This document shows positions 58,141 to 64,000 of a DNA stretch of 64,000 nucleotides, piece after piece. A program made the translations under genes and the position numbers. The DNA comes from Candidatus Zhuqueibacterota bacterium (GTDB lineage: Bacteria > Zhuqueibacterota > Zhuqueibacteria > Thermofontimicrobiales > Thermofontimicrobiaceae): the NCBI GenBank assembly GCA_049322915.1, contig JBMOPW010000007.1:116236-180235 (forward strand), written 5' to 3'. The notes beneath the pieces are model-generated. The model made no database searches and was not told the origin of the DNA. It worked only from the letters and a program-made list of their open reading frames with translations. Position 1 is the stretch's first letter. The number at the start of each line of letters is the position of its first letter.

Positions 58141-59451
58141 ATGAAACGAGTCAGTTTTTACACGCTTGGCTGTAAATTGAACCAGGCTGAAACGGCGATA
58201 TTGGCGGAGCAATGCGAACGTATCGGTTGCCAGGTTGTGCCGTTCGGTTCGGCGGCGGATTTGTGCGTCATCAATACCTGCACGGTCACCGGCAAAACGG
58301 ATTACCGCTGTCGACAAATGATTCGCCGCGCGAAAAAAGATTCGCCGGATGCGGCCATTGCCGTGGTAGGCTGTTACGCCCAGTTGCAATCCGAGAAGAT
58401 AAAGCACATTGCCGGCGTGGATTATATTCTGGGCAGCGACACGAAATTCAGGCTGTTCGAGGTATTAGCCGATGGACGCGAGTATGGTTCGCCGGTCATT
58501 GCTGCATCGGAGAACCGGCTATTTCAAAACCCCAATCCAGGCAATTTCTGGGACCACACGCGCGCCTTTCTCAAAATTCAGGATGGCTGCGATAACGCTT
58601 GCTCCTACTGCACGGTGCCTGTCGCACGAGGCAGGAGCCGCAGCGACACACTTGAACATATTGTGGCGTTCGCCCGGGAATTGGCAGCGCGGGGACATCG
58701 CGAGATTGTTTTGACCGGAGTCCACATCGGGCTATACGGCCGTGATGTGAGGCCGAAGCAAAATTTGCTCACCCTTTTAATGGCGCTCGAACATATCGCC
58801 GGCATCGAACGGATTCGTCTCAGCTCACTGGAGCCGCTGGAGATTTCTGATGAACTCATTCAATGGGTGGCGGAATCAAAAAAGGTCTGTCCCCATTTTC
58901 ACGTTCCCCTGCAAAGCGGCGATGATGACGTACTCAAACGAATGAATCGTAACTATAGTGGCGAGCAGTTCGCCAGGGTGGTGCAGGCGATAAAGACGCA
59001 GCTTCCCCTTGCCGGCCTGGGCAGCGATGTGATCGTGGGCTTTCCAGGCGAAACAGAGGCGCAATTTCAGAATTCAGTGTCACTGATTGAACAGCTTCCT
59101 TTCACCTATCTGCATGTCTTCAGTTACTCGCCTCGTCCCGGAACGAAGGCTGCTGATTTTCCCGGACGAATCGATCCCCGAGTCACCAGCGCCCGCAGCG
59201 AGTTGCTGCGGCAATTGGGCAAACTGAAGAAAAGGCAATTCATCCAGAGCCAGATCGGACAGCGCCTCACGGTATTATGGGAAGAAAAACATGTCGGGCA
59301 GTTCATGTCCGGATTGACCGGCAGTTATATCAAAGTCAAGGCGAATACAATCCCCGAGCTGCTAAACCGAATCACGCCAGTGAAAATTGATCGGGCCCAC
59401 GACGATTTCGCGGTGGGGCATGTGGCTGACGATTCATTGAATCCGAATTAG
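58141..59451 (+). CDS. mtaB: tRNA t6A37 methylthiotransferase MtaB
   Basis: TLGCKLN, INTCTVT, GCYAQ, KIQDGCDNACSYC, HVFSYSPRPGT. Confidence 0.92.
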   Translation: MKRVSFYTLGCKLNQAETAILAEQCERIGCQVVPFGSAADLCVINTCTVTGKTDYRCRQMIRRAKKDSPDAAIAVVGCYAQLQSEKIKHIAGVDYILGSDTKFRLFEVLADGREYGSPVIAASENRLFQNPNPGNFWDHTRAFLKIQDGCDNACSYCTVPVARGRSRSDTLEHIVAFARELAARGHREIVLTGVHIGLYGRDVRPKQNLLTLLMALEHIAGIERIRLSSLEPLEISDELIQWVAESKKVCPHFHVPLQSGDDDVLKRMNRNYSGEQFARVVQAIKTQLPLAGLGSDVIVGFPGETEAQFQNSVSLIEQLPFTYLHVFSYSPRPGTKAADFPGRIDPRVTSARSELLRQLGKLKKRQFIQSQIGQRLTVLWEEKHVGQFMSGLTGSYIKVKANTIPELLNRITPVKIDRAHDDFAVGHVADDSLNPN

Positions 59452-59502
59452 CGCCCGGTGACTTTTCGGGCCTGAATAATTCTTTTAGTGTGAACAATTC
59501 TA

Positions 59503-59531
59503 TTGACATTTATTCAAAATATTAGTATTAT
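59503..59531 (+). promoter_or_regulatory. Sigma70-type promoter of miaB
   Basis: TTGACA-17 nt-TATTAT. Confidence 0.7.
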
Positions 59532-59553
59532 TTTACCTTACCGGGATTGTTAG

Positions 59554-60882
59554 ATGATCAAATTCCACATCGAAACATACGGCTGCCAGATGAACAAATA
59601 TGACTCAGAGCTGGTTGCCGGAATTTTACAGCGGGAGGGATATCAAGAATCTGCAGCAATGACCGATGCGGATGTGATTCTGGTGAACACGTGCAGCGTT
59701 CGCGAAACTGCCGAAAAACGAGTATTTGGCCGGTTGGATGCCATTCGGCTGTTGAAAAAACAGCATCCCAATCTGGTCATTGGCGTGATGGGGTGTATGG
59801 CCATGCGGCTGAAAGATGAGATTATCTCCCGCAAGCCGTTTGTGAATTTTGTCATGGGCCCGGATAACTATCGCGCTGTCCCGGAAATATTGAAGACGCT
59901 TTTGTCCGACGAAAATCAGCATCACCTCCAGATGGCTGAATTCGATAATTTCGAAACTTACAGCGAATTATATCCGGCGCGGGGGACGGGCGTCAGCGCG
60001 TGGGTAGCCGTCATGCGAGGGTGTAATAATTTCTGCTCCTACTGTATTGTGCCGTATGTCCGTGGACGGGAACGGAGTCGGCCGGCGAAGGATATCGTTC
60101 GCGAAGTGCAGCAGTTAGTCCGCGAGCAGTTTGTTGAGGTTGCGCTGTTGGGCCAGAATGTCAACTCGTACGATGACGGAGAAAACGATTTCGCTGATTT
60201 AATTGCCCGCGTCGCTGCAGTTCCCGGCCTGAAGCGCGTTCGATTCGCTACATCGCATCCCAAGGATCTTTCCGAAAAATTACTGGATGCCATTGCCGAC
60301 AATCCGCGGATATGCAATCACATGCATTTGCCGGTGCAGGCTGGTTCGGACAGGATACTGAAGTTGATGAACCGCAACTACACGCGTTCTCATTATTTGA
60401 AGTTGATAGAATCCGCACGGAAAAAAATTGACGGCATTGGTCTGTATTCGGACGTCATTGTCGGGTTCCCCGGGGAAGACGATAGCGATTTTGAGCAGAC
60501 GGTCTCTCTGATTGAGCGGGTTGAATTTGACGGGATTTTTGTTTTCAAATATTCGCCGCGCGAAAAGACAGCCGCGTCCCTGCTGAAAGAGACGCTTTCC
60601 GAATCGGAGAAAGTCGCTCGCATTCAGCGTTTGAACCAGATACAGGATGCCATTACGCTGCAAAGAAACAGGCGATTGATCGGTCAAACAGTACAAATCC
60701 TTGTGGAAGGTTCCAGCAAAAAAGCCAGAGCCAATCAGCGCATGGGCCGGACCGAGACAAACAAGATTGTGGTATTTGATTCAGTCTCTCAGGACGTCGG
60801 CGTGCTGCGGGATGTGCGCATCACCGCGGCAGAAGGACACACATTATTTGGCGAAGTGGTTGAGCCCGGTGCTGCTCAATGA
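59554..60882 (+). CDS. miaB: tRNA i6A37 methylthiotransferase MiaB
   Basis: TYGCQMN..DSE, NTCSVRE, GCNNFCSYCIVPY.RGRERSR, LLGQNVNSY, TSHPKD, TRAM domain. Confidence 0.95.
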   Translation: MIKFHIETYGCQMNKYDSELVAGILQREGYQESAAMTDADVILVNTCSVRETAEKRVFGRLDAIRLLKKQHPNLVIGVMGCMAMRLKDEIISRKPFVNFVMGPDNYRAVPEILKTLLSDENQHHLQMAEFDNFETYSELYPARGTGVSAWVAVMRGCNNFCSYCIVPYVRGRERSRPAKDIVREVQQLVREQFVEVALLGQNVNSYDDGENDFADLIARVAAVPGLKRVRFATSHPKDLSEKLLDAIADNPRICNHMHLPVQAGSDRILKLMNRNYTRSHYLKLIESARKKIDGIGLYSDVIVGFPGEDDSDFEQTVSLIERVEFDGIFVFKYSPREKTAASLLKETLSESEKVARIQRLNQIQDAITLQRNRRLIGQTVQILVEGSSKKARANQRMGRTETNKIVVFDSVSQDVGVLRDVRITAAEGHTLFGEVVEPGAAQ

Positions 60883-60974
60883 AAAACCAAATTCAACGGA
60901 GATCCCTGACCTCGTCATCAGGGGAAGGAGAGGAATAAAAATTAACCGTAACTCTATCTATTGTCGGAGGTTTT

Positions 60975-61295
60975 ATGTGGATCGTCAAATGGATTTTTTG
61001 GGTTTTTGTCATCCTGTTTCTCATTTATTTTGCCACAGAAAATGCAACGCAATTGGTCACCGTTGAATTCCTGAATTATCGTTCCAATCAACTGCCGCTT
61101 TGGGTGGTGATGTACAGCGCTTTTGCTGTGGGCGTTGTCGTGTGGCTCATTGGATCTATCTATAAAGTGCTGCAATTGAAAAGCGAAGTCAGGAAGATGA
61201 ATAAAGAGAATACGGTGTTACGGAAAGAACTGGACCAGTTGCGCAACATACCAATCGAAGATGAAACTGATGCTATCGATGAATTAGAAGTATAA
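60975..61295 (+). CDS. lapA: LapA (lipopolysaccharide assembly protein A) family
   Basis: Two TM helices with FATEN..V and a C-terminal coiled coil; upstream of the lapB-like gene. Confidence 0.8.
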   Translation: MWIVKWIFWVFVILFLIYFATENATQLVTVEFLNYRSNQLPLWVVMYSAFAVGVVVWLIGSIYKVLQLKSEVRKMNKENTVLRKELDQLRNIPIEDETDAIDELEV

Positions 61296-61332
61296 CCAGT
61301 GTGAATGAATTATCAATAGATAAAAATCAGGA

Positions 61333-62487
61333 ATGAGTTCCATGACCACATTTGCCTACATTGCAATAATCATAGTCGCTATCATTTTGATTGTAGCAAC
61401 GCTTCGCATGTTGACTAAAAAGCCGAAGCAGAAGAAGGAAGATTCAGCCGCCTATACGACTGCGCTGAATTTTTTAATAATGGGAAAACGGAAAGAGGCG
61501 CTGGAGAAGCTCCGCGAGGCAGTTCGTCTCAACACATCCAATATCGACGCCTATATCAAGATCGGCGATATTTTACGGGAAGAAGGCATGATAGACCGGG
61601 CGACCAAGATTCATCGGGGATTAACTGTCCGGCGCGATTTGAAGCCCGCCCATAAAAATGAGATACTTCGCAGTCTGATAAAAGATTACCGCGCTAGCCA
61701 GAAGTATGATCGGGCCATTGCCGTGTGCAAAAAGCTGTTGGAACTGACCAATAGCGAAATTCTGGCTCAGGAGACCCTGCTCATGCTGTACGAAGATTCC
61801 AAAGACTGGGACAACGCCGTTGATGTGGCGAAGAAAATTCAGAAGGAAAAGGGCGAGAAAAACGGGAAGATGCTGGCCCTCTACTGCGTTGAAGCCGGGC
61901 TGGTCTGCGTGGAAAAAGGCAAGGAGCGGGATGGCCGGATAAAATATCGCGAGGCGATCAAGCTGGATAAAACATGTCCGTCAGCGTATCTCAATCTGGC
62001 GGATTCGTACATTCGTGAGGAACGCCTGGACGACGCCCTGGTGGAATTGCAGCGGTTCATCAGAAATTCGCCAAAGTACTCCTATCTCGGCTTCCAGCGG
62101 ATGAAGGACGTTTTATTCAAGATTGGCAATTTTGGCGAGATCGAAAATATTTTTCAAACGTTGCTGAAAGAGAATCCAGACAATGAAGATATCCGTTTTT
62201 CGCTATCAGAAATTTATGAGAAAAAAGGAGATGTGCAGCGAGCTTTGAAACTCTGCGAGCGGGAACTGGACCGAAATCCGGAGTCAAAACAGGCCAAACG
62301 GTACCTGGCCGTTTATACAGCGCGGCTCGGGAAAAAGGATAAAGCGCTGAATATGGCGTTGGAGTTGTTGGAGACGCTGCTGGATAAAAAGGAAGACAAC
62401 TTTGTTTGCAAATCCTGCGGCTATATCTCGCGGGAACCAAAGTGGCACTGTCCCCAATGCAGCGCGTGGGATTCCTTCATCAGTTAG
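61333..62487 (+). CDS. lapB: LapB-like TPR protein with C-terminal rubredoxin knuckle
   Basis: N-terminal TM, TPRs (DRATKIH), CKSCG...WHCPQC..W. Confidence 0.8.
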   Translation: MSSMTTFAYIAIIIVAIILIVATLRMLTKKPKQKKEDSAAYTTALNFLIMGKRKEALEKLREAVRLNTSNIDAYIKIGDILREEGMIDRATKIHRGLTVRRDLKPAHKNEILRSLIKDYRASQKYDRAIAVCKKLLELTNSEILAQETLLMLYEDSKDWDNAVDVAKKIQKEKGEKNGKMLALYCVEAGLVCVEKGKERDGRIKYREAIKLDKTCPSAYLNLADSYIREERLDDALVELQRFIRNSPKYSYLGFQRMKDVLFKIGNFGEIENIFQTLLKENPDNEDIRFSLSEIYEKKGDVQRALKLCERELDRNPESKQAKRYLAVYTARLGKKDKALNMALELLETLLDKKEDNFVCKSCGYISREPKWHCPQCSAWDSFIS

Positions 62488-62563
62488 GGAACTAAAATAA
62501 TGTAGGAAAATGATAAAAGTCAGGCTACAGCTAAGTAATCTGACTTTTGTATTTGTGACAGCC

Positions 62564-63394
62564 ATGAAAAGATTATATGTATATGCACTGATGGTATGTT
62601 GTCCTGCGATCCTGCTGGCGCAGGAATTGGAAAAAAATTTCCTCATGTCACTCGAGAAATCTGGCCGATTGGAGCTTTTGAATAAATTGGACTCGGTGAA
62701 GGAGAAGTATCCCAATAGTCCCATCCCCCAATATCTGGAAGCCTATCTGGAGCAGGATGCCGATCGGGCTGTGTTGCTCTACCGCAGCGTGATTGATAAT
62801 TATTCCAACTCCCCGTACGCGGTCAGCGCCCGACTGAAGATCGCCAAATATTATTACGCCAAAGGTTCCTACATTTCCGCCCGGCAGGAGTTGGATCAGG
62901 TGAGCAAAAAATTCCCCAATTCCAGCTTCATCCCTGAGACGAAATTTTTAGCCGCCCGATGTTTGATGGCGACGGGTAATTATTCCATCGCAGAGGAGGA
63001 ATTCAAACATATCATTCGGACCTATCCCCATTCACCGTACAAATCCGATGCGCGAGAAGAGTTGAAGCTGATCATTGAGAAATTCAAGCAGATGAAAGAT
63101 GATTCGGAACCAGCGCGGCGTCAGGAATCGCGCGACGAATTCCCAAAGACTGAAATTGTCGCCGAACGCTACACCATCCAGATTGGCGCGTACAGCGATG
63201 AGCGCAATGCAAATCGGCAGAGGGATTTTTACTCGCATCAAGGGTACGACGCCTCTGTCCGTTCCAAGCACGCCAACAATCGCCGGCTCTACGTGGTCTG
63301 GATTGGCGATTTTGCATCCAGAGACGAGGCGATGCGGTTTGGCGAGGACTTCAAGAGCAGAAATGGATTGTCGTTCCAGGTTGTGCCAAAATGA
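62564..63394 (+). CDS. Periplasmic TPR plus SPOR domain protein
   Basis: Signal peptide, repeated YPNS/FPNS TPR turns, YTIQIGAY...NA...LYVVWIG SPOR domain. Alternative start at 62510. Confidence 0.85.
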   Translation: MKRLYVYALMVCCPAILLAQELEKNFLMSLEKSGRLELLNKLDSVKEKYPNSPIPQYLEAYLEQDADRAVLLYRSVIDNYSNSPYAVSARLKIAKYYYAKGSYISARQELDQVSKKFPNSSFIPETKFLAARCLMATGNYSIAEEEFKHIIRTYPHSPYKSDAREELKLIIEKFKQMKDDSEPARRQESRDEFPKTEIVAERYTIQIGAYSDERNANRQRDFYSHQGYDASVRSKHANNRRLYVVWIGDFASRDEAMRFGEDFKSRNGLSFQVVPK

Positions 63395-63732
63395 TCGAAC
63401 AATATCAATTCGGAAAATTGCGCGTGAATGGCATCTGCTACACCGCTGATCTGATCATTGTGGGAGCGCAGGTCTTACCGAATTGGCGGCGACAAACTGG
63501 GCATCGGCTTGGCGTCGTCGATATCGCTCCGGCTGTGCTGGAATTTAAGCCCTCGATTGTGGTGATTGGAACCGGCGCATGGGGCAGGCTACGAGTACTG
63601 CCTGAGACAAAACGCTATCTCGCTGATTTGAACATCGATTTCGTGATTCAGCGGACCGGCCGGGCCTGGAAGAGCTTTAACTCGCTTTTAAAGAGCGGAT
63701 TGCCGATGGCCGCATTTCATCTGACATGTTGA
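63391..63732 (+). CDS. Mth938-like (DUF498) protein
   Basis: IEQYQFG, DLII, WRR..GH.L, VVIGTG, AAFHLTC. Confidence 0.9.
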   Translation: MIEQYQFGKLRVNGICYTADLIIVGAQVLPNWRRQTGHRLGVVDIAPAVLEFKPSIVVIGTGAWGRLRVLPETKRYLADLNIDFVIQRTGRAWKSFNSLLKSGLPMAAFHLTC

Positions 63733-63805
63733 TTGGCCATGCTGGGTGCGCCGATTGATCCTCACTTAATACCTAAATTTCTTAATTGAAATTCAGTAAA
63801 CTTGT

Positions 63806-63869
63806 AAATTCCAAAACACAAATTATAAATTACAAATAAAAAGCAATTACCAAGCTTCAATTTTCTAAC
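63806..63869 (+). repeat. AT-rich degenerate heptamer repeat (AAATTAC-like)
   Basis: aaattcc aaaacac aaattat aaattac aaataaa... Confidence 0.45.
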
Positions 63870-64000
63870 TGCTATCCCCTTGATAAGTAAAATTATATTG
63901 GCTTGAGTTTTGAATATTGTAAATATGTATGACCAGTTGAAAGCGTGTGCAATAAATTCGATACTTTTTTTGTATCTGTAGTGGGGGGGGGGGGGGGGGG

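Noticed and set aside
63983..64000. Poly-G run of 18 nt
   Set aside because: It sits at the very end of the sequence and is most likely a sequencing or assembly artefact.

Overview
A 64-kb bacterial chromosomal window, probably from an FCB-group lineage outside Bacteroidota such as KSB1 or Calditrichota. This is inference from the T9SS-type C-terminal domains and a PorV-like gene occurring together with canonical TTGACA/TATAAT-type promoters and Shine-Dalgarno sites. It has four blocks. (1) About 1.4-23.4 kb is a + strand sugar/uronate catabolic region: NAD epimerase, Gfo/Idh/MocA, double amidohydrolase, Tat-exported heparinase II/III-like protein, class III aminotransferase, two TIM-barrel isomerases, URO-D family protein, an OYE::PreT/GltD-like fusion, an orphan SdhA-like flavoprotein, an SDR and an Eda::KdgK fusion. 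(2) About 25.1-41.9 kb is a divergently transcribed locus. The left arm has a DctM-only TRAP-type transporter, a 47-aa membrane protein, DUF6305, two M14 zinc amidases, a lid-less CapD-like gamma-glutamyltransferase and a C45 Ntn-hydrolase with a CTD. The right arm has a CTD beta-propeller, a TonB-dependent receptor, a ~985-aa CTD protein and a PorV-like barrel. This is the best candidate for an undescribed system: a SusD-less utilisation locus for a gamma-glutamyl/isopeptide polymer. (3) About 42.4-50.7 kb is mixed: rlmH, SGNH, GT2 fusion, accA, Trm112, DUF1801, a YLATT-like protein and an HNH nuclease. (4) About 51.2-63.7 kb is housekeeping: trpS-scpA-scpB-rluB-cmk-ispH-rpsA-mtaB-miaB-lapA-lapB-SPOR-Mth938. 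Non-coding DNA holds two copies of a 161-bp MITE with 4-bp target duplications, two copies of a ~134-nt multi-hairpin element and several REP-like palindromes. I found no rRNA, tRNA, CRISPR array or transposase. All family calls are by-eye motif recognition and all identity counts are manual.
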